64,000 nt of DNA, from contig JAKSQK010000002.1 in assembly GCA_024404145.1 (NCBI GenBank), positions 168,646 through 232,645 of the forward strand, read 5' to 3'. The notes under the pieces are model-generated. The model made no database searches. It saw only the letters and a program-made list of their open reading frames with translations, and was not told the origin of the DNA. The position numbers were made by a program, and so were the translations under genes. The DNA comes from Clostridia bacterium (lineage in GTDB: Bacteria > Bacillota > Clostridia > Oscillospirales > Acutalibacteraceae). Of this stretch, positions 29,097 to 38,035 are shown piece by piece; position 1 is the first letter of the stretch; each line of letters opens with the position of its first letter.

Positions 29097-30282
29097 AGAG
29101 ATTCTTTCCTTTCACGACAACTTCATCATAAAGCCGAAGCACCGATGAACTGTTTTCGGTTTGCTGTTCGCAAACAATATATTCGTTTGAAGAATAAACA
29201 ACATTTATCGGAACAAATTTAACCGTAACGCCCGAAACGACATAAACTCCGCTCTTGCCGTCAACAACCCTGAGCGCTTTTTTCGAAATTTTAAGCCCCG
29301 AATACTCACGGTTTACTATCGTCAAGCTTAAAGAACGAAGCGTGGCAAGTTCGCTGTTCATTTCCTGACAGGCAAGAATAACAACCGCTTCCGCCTTGTC
29401 GTTTGAAGTGTTTATTCTTTCAACAACAACATCAAGCGACGGGTTGTTTCGCACATTCGTTTTTACGGTCAGTTCGTCTCCGACCTTATATTTCAGCGAC
29501 TTATCAAGCGTCAGATTAACCGCAAGATACCAGTCGTAGCCGTAAACGATTTTGCCTATCTGGTTTTTCTTTGTCGCCTCAGGTTTGAGCTCATCAAATG
29601 TTTCGGGGGTTATGTTATCCAAAGTTTGTTGGGTTAAAACATCTTCAAAGCCGTCTACCGACGAAACAAAATATCCTGATTTTTCCGCCTTTATTTTTCC
29701 TATCGGAGACGGAAGCGACGCTTTATAAGAAGCGAGTTCCGATTTGAGCGACGATAGTTTTTTCGAAAAATCTATCGTTTCGCCCGTTATAAACTGCTTT
29801 CGGTTTTCCGCCGATAAAAGCGCCGATTCAAACGACTCCGTTTCGGTATATTTACCCGTTGCGCAACTCTTTATAAAATTGTTATAGGAATCGTTAACCT
29901 TTTCTTTAACAATGTCTAAATCCGAAGCGGCAACATCGTTATATCCGCTTATTTCCTTTATATCGGCTATCTTTTCGTTTAGGTCTTCTATCTTGTTTAC
30001 CGTAACCGAAGCATTGCTGTCGTTATAGATATCGGCAAGTGTTCCGCCTTTTGCAATTCGGCTTCCGTTTAAAACCTTATAATGAAGGGTTTTATCGGAA
30101 TCGTTTTTAACAATTTTCTCCTGTCGGATTACTATTGCGTTTGCAGAAATACCGTCGGTCGCCTTATAAAACTCGGCGGTTTGGGTTGTAACGGGATTAT
30201 AAAGCGCCGAATAAAGCTGATGAATAACAAAAGCCGAAACGACTATAAGCAAAAATATTTTTAATGCCTTATGCTCTTTCAT
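29074..30282 (-). CDS. membrane-anchored HlyD-like (biotinyl-lipoyl/barrel sandwich) protein
   Basis: N-terminal TM segment, then a coiled region and beta-rich C-terminus. Recalled from similar Clostridia proteins next to ylmE. Assignment is tentative. Confidence 0.45.
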   Translation of the reverse strand: MKEHKALKIFLLIVVSAFVIHQLYSALYNPVTTQTAEFYKATDGISANAIVIRQEKIVKNDSDKTLHYKVLNGSRIAKGGTLADIYNDSNASVTVNKIEDLNEKIADIKEISGYNDVAASDLDIVKEKVNDSYNNFIKSCATGKYTETESFESALLSAENRKQFITGETIDFSKKLSSLKSELASYKASLPSPIGKIKAEKSGYFVSSVDGFEDVLTQQTLDNITPETFDELKPEATKKNQIGKIVYGYDWYLAVNLTLDKSLKYKVGDELTVKTNVRNNPSLDVVVERINTSNDKAEAVVILACQEMNSELATLRSLSLTIVNREYSGLKISKKALRVVDGKSGVYVVSGVTVKFVPINVVYSSNEYIVCEQQTENSSSVLRLYDEVVVKGKNLYDGKIIG

Positions 30283-31210
30283 TTCTTCGGCTCCTTTCTA
30301 TAATCTCTAATGCCTCTCCCAAAACATCGGGTGTTTCGTCGGGGAAAATCCAATTTATTTTTTCATTTTTTCTAAACCAGGTCAACTGCCGTTTTGCATA
30401 TCTTCTCGTTTGCTGTTTAAGGCGTTCGGTCGCCTCGCCGAGCAATATATCGCCCTCGAAATACGGATAAAATTCTTTATGGCCTATCGCCGCAAATCCG
30501 CCGCTTTTACCTGATTTTTTATAAAATTTTTCCGCCTCTTGCAAAAGTCCGTTTTTCAACATAATATCAACTCTGCCGTCGATTCTTTTATAAAGCGTTT
30601 GGCGGTTTTTGTAGTTTATGCCTATCATTACCGCCTCATAGGGCGATTCTTCGAGTTTTGAAAGTTCATACTGTTTTGACATGGTAATTCCCGTGTTTTT
30701 ATAAATTTCAAAAGCTCTTACTATTCTCTTTTTATCGTTTGCATAGAGTTTATCGGCGGTAGCGCTGTCGGTTTCTTTGAGTTTTCGGAGCATTGCTTCG
30801 CCGCCGATTCGGTCATAAAGTTCTTCGAGTTCCCGCCTTACATCGGGATTAAAATCCTCTTTTGTAAATTTGATGTTTTCTAAAAAACTGTCAATATAAA
30901 GCCCCGTTCCGCCGACTATTACGGGCAGTTTGTTTCGGCTTATTATTTCTTCGGTCTTTTGATTTGCAAGTTTAACATATTCTGCAACGGTTAACTGACA
31001 TTCGGGATTTGAAAACTCCATCAAATGATGCGGTATTCCTTCTTTTTCCTCGTTTGTCGGCACCGCCGAAGCAATCGGCATACCCTTATAAACCTGCATT
31101 GAATCCGCCGAAACAACTTCGCCGCCGAGCGCCTTTGCAATACCGATGCCGAGCGCCGTTTTGCCCGAAGCGGTAGGGCCTACAACACAAATAATTTTCT
31201 CTTTTTTCAT
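30269..31210 (-). CDS. miaA: tRNA dimethylallyltransferase
   Basis: P-loop GPTASGKT, then VSADSMQVYKGM and HHL motifs. Confidence 0.92.
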   Translation of the reverse strand: MKKEKIICVVGPTASGKTALGIGIAKALGGEVVSADSMQVYKGMPIASAVPTNEEKEGIPHHLMEFSNPECQLTVAEYVKLANQKTEEIISRNKLPVIVGGTGLYIDSFLENIKFTKEDFNPDVRRELEELYDRIGGEAMLRKLKETDSATADKLYANDKKRIVRAFEIYKNTGITMSKQYELSKLEESPYEAVMIGINYKNRQTLYKRIDGRVDIMLKNGLLQEAEKFYKKSGKSGGFAAIGHKEFYPYFEGDILLGEATERLKQQTRRYAKRQLTWFRKNEKINWIFPDETPDVLGEALEIIERSRRNERA

Positions 31211-33069
31211 TGTATTCTTCCGAAATTTTTTTCAAGTTCTTTTTTTGTTATTTTGAAAGCGACGGGCCTTCCGTGGGGACAATACATTATACTGTTATCC
31301 GCCAAAACCTTTTTTGCAAGAGCTTCAAGTTCGGTTTTGCCGGTAATATTTCCTCCCTTTATTGCCGCTTTACAGGCAACGGTATGGTAAATCTTATCAA
31401 GTTTTTCACTTTCGGGAGCGCCCTTTGTTAAAAGTCCCTGCGCCGCCTCGACTATCATATCTGTTACATCTTCGGCGCACAGCATTGCCGGAACTGCCCT
31501 TATAAGAACCGAGCCGTTTCCGAAGTCTTCAAGTTCAAATCCCGCTTTTTCCAAAAGGGCGGTGTTTGAAATTACGGCGTCAAACTCCTCTCTTGAAAGA
31601 CGCACATTTTGAGGCATTAAAAGCTGTTGGCTTTCCGCTTTGGCATTTTCTTTTAATCGGTTGAAATTCATTCTCTCATGCGCCGCATGTTTATCAATAA
31701 GATAAATACTGTCGCCCATTTCGGCAACTATGTAGGTTGAAAATACCTCGCCGATATATTTGGCTTCGTTTTCGATAATCGGCTTTTCTATCGGCTCTTG
31801 CGCTTTTGTTTTTGAAATTTCGTTTTCGGTTTTTTCTTCCTCTTCTACGGCAATATCAATATCAACCGTTTTTATCTGCTTTTTAACATCTTCCCTCTCG
31901 AAAAACGGCGTTGTATCCGCCTTAAAGGTAACCTGATTTCGGTTTTCGGTTTTCGGGAAAGATATCGTTTTCGGATAAACCTTTTCGGCTATCGTTTGCT
32001 GGGTATATTCCTCTGCCGACATTTTTGTAAAGCCGACAGGGGTTTTGGTCGCAATTTTTATTTCAGGTCTTGTATCGCCGCCGATAATTGCATTTTTTAC
32101 GGCGGAATAAACCTCATTAAAAATCAACTTTTCATCTGAAAACCTGACCTGAATTTTCGCAGGGTGGACATTGACATCAACCGTTTGGAAAGGAACGGTA
32201 AGGTTTATAACGAAAGACGGGTATTTCCCTACCATTGCGCTGTTTTTATACGCCTGTTCACATGCCGCCATAACAGTATTCGACTGAACATATCTGCCGT
32301 TAAGGAAAATATACTGCGCCGCCCTCGATTTTCGGCAGAATGCCGGTTTGCAGATAAATCCGTTTACCGAAATATCGCTTTGGGCAGTAACGGGAATCAT
32401 AGTTGAGGCGATTTCTCTTCCCAGAATACTGTAAATCGCAGAATAGAGTTTGCCGTCGCCCGATGTTGAAAGCACCAGCTTCCCGTCTCTGATAAGCTTA
32501 AAGGCAATTTCGGGATGCGAAAGCGCAACCCTCTCGAAAACGGCGGCAACACTATTGCCCTCGGTTATATCCCGCTTTAAGAACTTCATTCTCGCAGGAG
32601 TATTGTAAAAAATATCCCTTACGATAACGGTAGTTCCCTTTGGGCAACCGTTTTCCTCGAAAAGAACCTCGTTTCCGCCCTCAATAACATAACGGGTGCC
32701 GAATGTATCCGTTTCCTGCCTTGTAAACAGTTCAACCTTTGATACTATCGCCGTTGCGGCAAGGGCTTCGCCTCTGAAACCGAGCGACGATATTTTATCG
32801 AGGTCGTCTGCCGATTTTATTTTGCTTGTTGCATGGCGCAAAAATGCCGTTTTTACATCTTCGGCCGCTATTCCGCAGCCGTCATCTGTTACTCGGATAT
32901 ACAAAATGCCGCCCCGCTCTATTTCAACCGTTATATGCTTTGCATCGGCATCAATGGAGTTTTCTACCAGTTCCTTTACAACCGAAGCGGGACGCTCAAC
33001 AACCTCTCCCGCTGCGATAAGTTCCGCCATTTCTTTCGGCATAAGATTTATTTTCGGCATTTTATTCAC
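31207..33069 (-). CDS. mutL: DNA mismatch repair protein MutL
   Basis: GHKL ATPase N-terminus (IAAGEVVERPASVVKELVENSIDA) and a C-terminal dimerisation/endonuclease domain (DKHAAHER). Confidence 0.95.
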   Translation of the reverse strand: MNKMPKINLMPKEMAELIAAGEVVERPASVVKELVENSIDADAKHITVEIERGGILYIRVTDDGCGIAAEDVKTAFLRHATSKIKSADDLDKISSLGFRGEALAATAIVSKVELFTRQETDTFGTRYVIEGGNEVLFEENGCPKGTTVIVRDIFYNTPARMKFLKRDITEGNSVAAVFERVALSHPEIAFKLIRDGKLVLSTSGDGKLYSAIYSILGREIASTMIPVTAQSDISVNGFICKPAFCRKSRAAQYIFLNGRYVQSNTVMAACEQAYKNSAMVGKYPSFVINLTVPFQTVDVNVHPAKIQVRFSDEKLIFNEVYSAVKNAIIGGDTRPEIKIATKTPVGFTKMSAEEYTQQTIAEKVYPKTISFPKTENRNQVTFKADTTPFFEREDVKKQIKTVDIDIAVEEEEKTENEISKTKAQEPIEKPIIENEAKYIGEVFSTYIVAEMGDSIYLIDKHAAHERMNFNRLKENAKAESQQLLMPQNVRLSREEFDAVISNTALLEKAGFELEDFGNGSVLIRAVPAMLCAEDVTDMIVEAAQGLLTKGAPESEKLDKIYHTVACKAAIKGGNITGKTELEALAKKVLADNSIMYCPHGRPVAFKITKKELEKNFGRIQ

Positions 33070-33086
33070 CGCCCTAACCTTAAAAT

Positions 33087-35681
33087 TTATATTGTTTTTG
33101 CCTTGTTTGCCAAATCAAACAGTATTTCCATAGATTCAATGGGAGTAAGGGTGTTTACATCCAAAGTTTTAAGCTCATTGAGAATCTCCCCTGCGCCCTG
33201 CATTTCGAGGGGTATCTGGGTTTTAGAGGACAAAACTTCCTTATATGTTACAACTCCGTTTTCTTCTATTTCTTTCAGTATCTTTTTCGCCCTGTCGGTA
33301 ACCGCTTTCGGAACTCCGCTTAAAAGCGCAACCTCTATGCCGTAACTGTCGTCGGCGCCGCCCGAAACAATTCTGCGAAGAAATATTATCTCATCTCCCC
33401 GTTTTTTAACGGCGATGTTATAATTCTTTATGCCTTCATATTCGGTTTCCATATTGGTCAGTTCGTGATAATGGGTGGCAAAAAGCGATTTTGCGCCGAG
33501 TTTTTTCTTATCGTTAACATATTCAAGAACGGCCTTTGCTATCGACATACCGTCATAGGTAGAAGTGCCTCTGCCTATTTCGTCAAGAATGAGAAGACTG
33601 TTCTTTGTTGCGTGTTTCAAGATATCGGCAACCTCGCTCATCTCCACCATAAAGGTAGATTGACCCGAAGCCAAATCGTCCGAAGCGCCAACTCGGGTAA
33701 ATACGGCATCAACCAAACCGATTTCGGCGGCAGTTGCAGGAACGAAACTGCCTATTTGCGCCATTATCGTAATAAGCGCAACCTGACGCATATAGGTTGA
33801 TTTTCCCGCCATATTCGGCCCCGTTATTATGGCGCATCTGTCTTTGTTCGTATCAAGATATGTATCGTTTGATACAAAGGGTGTACTTAACAGCCGTTCA
33901 ACAACGGGGTGCCTTCCGCCCTTTATGTTTATCGTTCCCGAATTATCCACAATGGGTCTTGAATAGTTATCGGTAACTGCCGTCTCGGCAAAAGAACAGA
34001 GAACATCAAGTTTTGCCACCGCCTCGGCAGTATTCTGGAAACGGGTTGCGCTTTCGGCAACCTGCTTTCTTATTCCGTCAAAAATCTCGTATTCAAGCGC
34101 TATAACCCTGTCTTTTGCGGTTAAAACCCTGTTTTCGAGTTGCTTTAACTCCTCGGTTATATACCGCTCGGCATTGGTAAGGGTCTGCTTTCTTATATAA
34201 TCTTCGGGGACTTTATCGAGGAAAGAATTGGTAACTTCGATATAATAGCCGAAAACCTTATTATATCTTACCCTTAAAGTTTTAATTCCCGTTCTTTCCC
34301 GTTCTCTCGTTTCAATTTCAGTTAACAGGTCGCTTCCGCCGTTCATATCCCTGCGGAGCGCATCTATATCAGAATTGAAGCCGTCGTTTATTATTCCGCC
34401 CTCTTTGAGAACAAACGGCGCATCTTCCTTTATCGAAGCATCAATTAAATCGACTATATCGGAACATTCGTCTATATTGGCAAAAATCTCCGAGAGCATT
34501 TTGCAGTTTGAATCTTTAAGAAGCGCCTTTATGTAAGGAAAACGGTGCGCCGTAACCGACAAACTGAGCAAATCTTTCGGGGAAGCGGTTCCGTAAAGCG
34601 CCTTAGTTATAATGCGCTCTATATCCCTTATTCCGCTCATATATTCGATTATTTCGAGCCGTTTTGCCGTATCTGCGCAAAGTTCTTCAACCGCGTTTTG
34701 CCTTAACGAAATTTCGGGGATAGATAAAAGCGGTTTTGTTATCCAAGAACGGATAAGCCGTTTGCCCATAGCGGTTTTAGTTTTATCAAGCACCCATAAA
34801 AGCGAACCTTTTTTGGATTTTGAGCGCATTGTTTCGCAAAGTTCCAAATTTCTTACCGCCGTCATATCAAGGCGCATATATTTGTTGCCCGTATAAACCT
34901 CAACGCTCTTTAACGCCGTATTTTCGCTTTTGCCGTTTTCATAGATATATTCTATTATTGCGCCGAGCGCCGAAACGCCCGTACTTCCCTTTTTAAGACC
35001 TATGTTTTCGGGGCTTACAACCGAAAATGCCTTTGCGATATTTGATTCGGCGGTTTCGGTATCAAAACTGTTTTTCTCCCGTTTTGTTACGGTTCCCGTA
35101 AAGGTTGTTTCAAGATATTTTGCAAGATTCGGAAAAGCGGTATAATCGCCTATTAAAAGTTCGCTCGGGGAAAAGCGCATAAGTTCGTCAATTATTCTTC
35201 TTTCCCGTTCATCTTCGGGGATTTCGGTTATATGCGATTCGCCGGTTGAAACATCGGTAAAACATATGCCAACCCCTTCTTTTGATATGGCAACCGATGC
35301 CAAAAAGTTGTTTTTCGTTTCATCGAGCATACCGTCTTCGATAACGGTGCCCGGCGTTATAACCCGAACAACATCTCTCTTTACAAGTCCTTTTGCGTTT
35401 TTCGGGTCTTCAACCTGTTCGCAAATGGCGATTTTATGGCCGTTTGCAACAAGGCGGGATATATAACTTTCGCAACTGTGGTAGGGTATTCCGCACATGG
35501 GCGCCCGCTCGCTTAAACCGCAGTCCTTTCCCGTTAAAACAAGTTCGAGTTCCTCGGAAACTTTTTTTGCATCATCAAAAAACATCTCATAAAAATCGCC
35601 GAGTCTGAAAAAAAGAATACTGTCTTTATTTTGCTCTTTTATGTCAATATACTGGCGCATCATAGGAGATAGTTCCGCCAT
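33087..35681 (-). CDS. mutS: DNA mismatch repair protein MutS
   Basis: N-terminus PMMRQYIDIKEQNKDSILFFRLGDFYEMF, Walker A GPNMAGKST, 864 aa. Confidence 0.95.
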   Translation of the reverse strand: MAELSPMMRQYIDIKEQNKDSILFFRLGDFYEMFFDDAKKVSEELELVLTGKDCGLSERAPMCGIPYHSCESYISRLVANGHKIAICEQVEDPKNAKGLVKRDVVRVITPGTVIEDGMLDETKNNFLASVAISKEGVGICFTDVSTGESHITEIPEDERERRIIDELMRFSPSELLIGDYTAFPNLAKYLETTFTGTVTKREKNSFDTETAESNIAKAFSVVSPENIGLKKGSTGVSALGAIIEYIYENGKSENTALKSVEVYTGNKYMRLDMTAVRNLELCETMRSKSKKGSLLWVLDKTKTAMGKRLIRSWITKPLLSIPEISLRQNAVEELCADTAKRLEIIEYMSGIRDIERIITKALYGTASPKDLLSLSVTAHRFPYIKALLKDSNCKMLSEIFANIDECSDIVDLIDASIKEDAPFVLKEGGIINDGFNSDIDALRRDMNGGSDLLTEIETRERERTGIKTLRVRYNKVFGYYIEVTNSFLDKVPEDYIRKQTLTNAERYITEELKQLENRVLTAKDRVIALEYEIFDGIRKQVAESATRFQNTAEAVAKLDVLCSFAETAVTDNYSRPIVDNSGTINIKGGRHPVVERLLSTPFVSNDTYLDTNKDRCAIITGPNMAGKSTYMRQVALITIMAQIGSFVPATAAEIGLVDAVFTRVGASDDLASGQSTFMVEMSEVADILKHATKNSLLILDEIGRGTSTYDGMSIAKAVLEYVNDKKKLGAKSLFATHYHELTNMETEYEGIKNYNIAVKKRGDEIIFLRRIVSGGADDSYGIEVALLSGVPKAVTDRAKKILKEIEENGVVTYKEVLSSKTQIPLEMQGAGEILNELKTLDVNTLTPIESMEILFDLANKAKTI

Positions 35682-35718
35682 ATTTTTTCACTCCCCGGAT
35701 AAAAATTAAAAACAGCGC

Positions 35719-36126
35719 TTAATGACAGCCGCCGCAGGAATCGCAGCTGCCCGAGCAGGAATGGGTTTCCGGCTCAACAGTTTTTGGGTCGGCGCCGTCA
35801 ACGCATTGCATAATAACACTGTTTATGTCGTTTAACATACCGTCAAGCGCCGACTTTGCGGTATTAAAATCGAGCATTGTTTTACTCGCCATAACCTCGC
35901 TGTAAACCGTGCGTAGTTTTTCGTTGAGTTCACCGATTTTTGCTTCGTCTTTTGTTTCTTTTTCGCATTCTTGTTCGAGATTCATTCTGGTAACATTAAA
36001 GTCGCCGATTTTATCTTGAAGTTCTTTATCGCCGTCTAAATCGAGTTTTGCCTTTGCAAAAGTGATAAAGCGCTCATCTTTTTGAATTTCTTCTCCGAGT
36101 TTTCTTGTAACATCAAGTATTGCCAT
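35719..36126 (-). CDS. YlbF/YmcA-family protein with Cys-rich C-terminal tail
   Basis: Helical UPF0342-like body (F..AK........L...I..F). C-terminus is HSCSGSCDSCGGCH. Confidence 0.65.
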   Translation of the reverse strand: MAILDVTRKLGEEIQKDERFITFAKAKLDLDGDKELQDKIGDFNVTRMNLEQECEKETKDEAKIGELNEKLRTVYSEVMASKTMLDFNTAKSALDGMLNDINSVIMQCVDGADPKTVEPETHSCSGSCDSCGGCH

Positions 36127-36150
36127 TTTTAGTTCTCCTTAAAATTTTTA

Positions 36151-37554
36151 TTATTCTACGACTGTGCCGTAAAGCACATTTGTATATGAATTGATTTTAA
36201 CATTTTTGAAGGTGCCTATTAAATCCTTTTCACCCTCAACATAAATGTTCAGCGCCGTACCCGACCTGCCGATAAGAAAACCCTCCTCGGGCGACGGCTC
36301 TTCTATTAAAACACGAACGGTTTGTCCTACAAGATTATTGTTAAGCTTTTTCGATATTTTATCCTGCTCTTTCAAAAGAAGCGAAAACCATTCTCCCTTT
36401 TCTTTTCTCGAAACGGGGTCGGGCATTACCGCCGCAGGGGTTCGCTGTCTTTTTGAATAGATGAAGGTAAAGGCCGAAGAAAACTCAACCTCTTTTATCA
36501 GCGAAAGCGTTTCGCAAAACTCCTCATAAGTTTCTCCCGGAAAGCCGACTATTATATCGGTTGTAAAAGAAATATCGGGCATTCTTTCTCTTGCCGCTTT
36601 TATAAGCGAAAGATATTTTTCCCTCGTGTATCGGCGGTTCATAGCCCCCAAAACCCTGTCGCTTCCGCTTTGAAAAGGAAGATGCAGATGCCGTTCAACC
36701 TTTTCGCAGTCCCTCATAGCATCAAGAAGTTCCTCTGTGCAGTCCTTCGGGTGAGAGGTCATAAACCTTATTATAAAGTCGCCCTTAATATCGTTTATCA
36801 TTCTTAAAAGTTTGGCAAAATTTATACCGTCGGCATTTCCTTTGCCGTAGGAGTTGACATTTTGACCTAAAAGCATAATCTCTTTGTAGCCGCTATCAAC
36901 CATTTGCTTTGCTTCTTTCAGTATTTCTCCGGCGGCTCTCGAACGCTCCCTGCCTCTTACATAGGGAACTATGCAGTAGGTACAGAAATTATCGCAACCG
37001 TATGTTATCGGGATATATCCCTTAAAGCGGTCCTCTCGGTCTATCGGAACGCCCTCGACGATTTTTTCGTTTTTGAGTTCAAGCTCGAAAATTCTTTTTC
37101 CGCCCGTCAGTCTTTTATAAACAAACTCGGGAAGGCGGTGGGAAACCTGCGTTCCGAAAACGATATCAACATAAGGATAACTCTCTTTGAATTTATCGGC
37201 GACCGACTTTTGCTGCGCCATACAGCCGCAAACGGCAACGATAAGATTTTTGTTTTCCCGTTTCAGTTTCTTTGTTGCGCCGACATTTCCGAAAACACGG
37301 TCTTCGGCATGTTCTCTTACGGCGCAGGTGTTAAAAATTATAAAATCGGCATTTTCTTCGGTTTCGGTTATCTCGTATCCCATAAGCCGAAGCATACCTT
37401 TAAGGCGCTGAGAGTCGTTTACATTTTGCTGACAGCCGTATGTAACAACACATGCTTTGGCGGTTTTTCCAAATGCGGTTATAATACGCCGAACCTTCTC
37501 GGCATACGCCTGTTGTTCGGTCGGATATGATACATCAGAACTAAAAATCGACAA
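36151..37554 (-). CDS. miaB: tRNA-i6A37 methylthiotransferase
   Basis: VTYGCQQNVNDS N-terminal domain, radical SAM CDNFCTYC, TRAM C-terminus. TTG start at 37554 sits 8 nt after AAGGGGA. The ORF-track start at 37614 lies in the promoter. Confidence 0.9.
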   Translation of the reverse strand: MSIFSSDVSYPTEQQAYAEKVRRIITAFGKTAKACVVTYGCQQNVNDSQRLKGMLRLMGYEITETEENADFIIFNTCAVREHAEDRVFGNVGATKKLKRENKNLIVAVCGCMAQQKSVADKFKESYPYVDIVFGTQVSHRLPEFVYKRLTGGKRIFELELKNEKIVEGVPIDREDRFKGYIPITYGCDNFCTYCIVPYVRGRERSRAAGEILKEAKQMVDSGYKEIMLLGQNVNSYGKGNADGINFAKLLRMINDIKGDFIIRFMTSHPKDCTEELLDAMRDCEKVERHLHLPFQSGSDRVLGAMNRRYTREKYLSLIKAARERMPDISFTTDIIVGFPGETYEEFCETLSLIKEVEFSSAFTFIYSKRQRTPAAVMPDPVSRKEKGEWFSLLLKEQDKISKKLNNNLVGQTVRVLIEEPSPEEGFLIGRSGTALNIYVEGEKDLIGTFKNVKINSYTNVLYGTVVE

Positions 37555-37585
37555 GTAATAATTCCCCTTATATAAATTTATAATT

Positions 37586-37614
37586 ATTATACTATATAAT
37601 AAGTTGTTTATCAA
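37586..37614 (-). promoter_or_regulatory. consensus-like sigma-A promoter of miaB
   Basis: Minus strand: TTGATA, 17 nt, TATAAT. Confidence 0.65.
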
Positions 37615-37656
37615 GAAAAAAACTCAAATTTATCGCCGTTGCCGTAAAAAAAATTC

Positions 37657-37685
37657 TTGACAATAACTTTTTCCTATACTATAAT
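37657..37685 (+). promoter_or_regulatory. sigma-A promoter of tRNA-Thr
   Basis: TTGACA (37657-62), 17 nt, TATAAT (37680-85). The tRNA starts 24 nt downstream. Confidence 0.75.
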
Positions 37686-37708
37686 TATTTAGCTGTCGTA
37701 GACAATTT

Positions 37709-37784
37709 GCTGCTATGGCTCAGATGGTAGAGCACATCCTTGGTAAGGATGAGGTCACCGGTTCAATTCCGGTTAGCAGCTCCA
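37709..37784 (+). tRNA. tRNA-Thr (anticodon GGT), CCA encoded
   Basis: Manual cloverleaf: acceptor GCTGCTA/TAGCAGC, D arm GCTC-AGATGGTA-GAGC, anticodon arm CATCC-TTGGTAA-GGATG, T arm ACCGG-TTCAATT-CCGGT, then TCCA. Confidence 0.9.
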
Positions 37785-37820
37785 AACCCCTCGGACTTTC
37801 GTTTGAGGGGTTTTATTATT
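37785..37820 (+). terminator. terminator after tRNA-Thr
   Basis: AACCCCTC ... GAGGGGTT stem followed by TTTATTATTT. Confidence 0.7.
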
Positions 37821-37848
37821 TGCTTAAAGTTTTTATTTATGGTATAAT
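37820..37848 (+). promoter_or_regulatory. extended -10 promoter P1 (TTGCTT, 17 nt, TGgTATAAT)
   Basis: -35 at 37820-25, TG at 37840-41, -10 at 37843-48. Confidence 0.5.
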
Positions 37849-37853
37849 ACACC

Positions 37854-38000
37854 CAATCCGGCGGCAATGACTTGCCGCCGCAATGCCAATCGGCATTTGA
37901 AAACTGCCGTTTTCGATTGAGTGTATTGAACGGCTAAAACGCCGCAAAACATTGCGGCAAGCGGTTTCACCGCTTTCAAAGACTTGCGTCTTTGGTTTTA
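37854..38000 (+). ncRNA. candidate structured RNA (sRNA or cis-regulatory leader): six consecutive hairpins ending in a terminator-like stem
   Basis: Six hairpins: CGGCGGCAA/TTGCCGCCG (37859-80), AATGCC/GGCATT (37882-97), GAAAAC/GTTTTC (37899-914), GCCGCAA/TTGCGGC (37941-58), AAGCGGT/ACCGCTT (37959-75), and CAAAGAC/GTCTTTG followed by GTTTTA (37977-38000). A CAATC/GATTG closing helix encloses the first three. No known riboswitch consensus recognised. Confidence 0.3.
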
Positions 38001-38035
38001 TGGTATAATAAGCGAAAACATAAAGGGGAATTAAA

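Noticed and set aside
36904-37530. 208-aa plus-strand ORF opposite miaB
   Set aside because: It is a shadow frame. miaB motifs on the minus strand explain the open frame.
37836-38010. The 14-nt direct repeats read as a target-site duplication of a MITE-like insertion
   Set aside because: The imperfect inverted repeat (AATACACCCAATC/GATTGAGTGTATT) is not terminal on the right side. The repeat is itself a -10 promoter element, and no second copy of the segment exists in the window. Promoter duplication or an RNA gene is the simpler reading.
37850-38035. TPP riboswitch upstream of the TPP-dependent DXS-like gene
   Set aside because: I could not find the conserved CUGAGA and ACCUGAUCUGGAUAAUGCCAGCG-like elements. 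The hairpin pattern does not fit the THI-box architecture.
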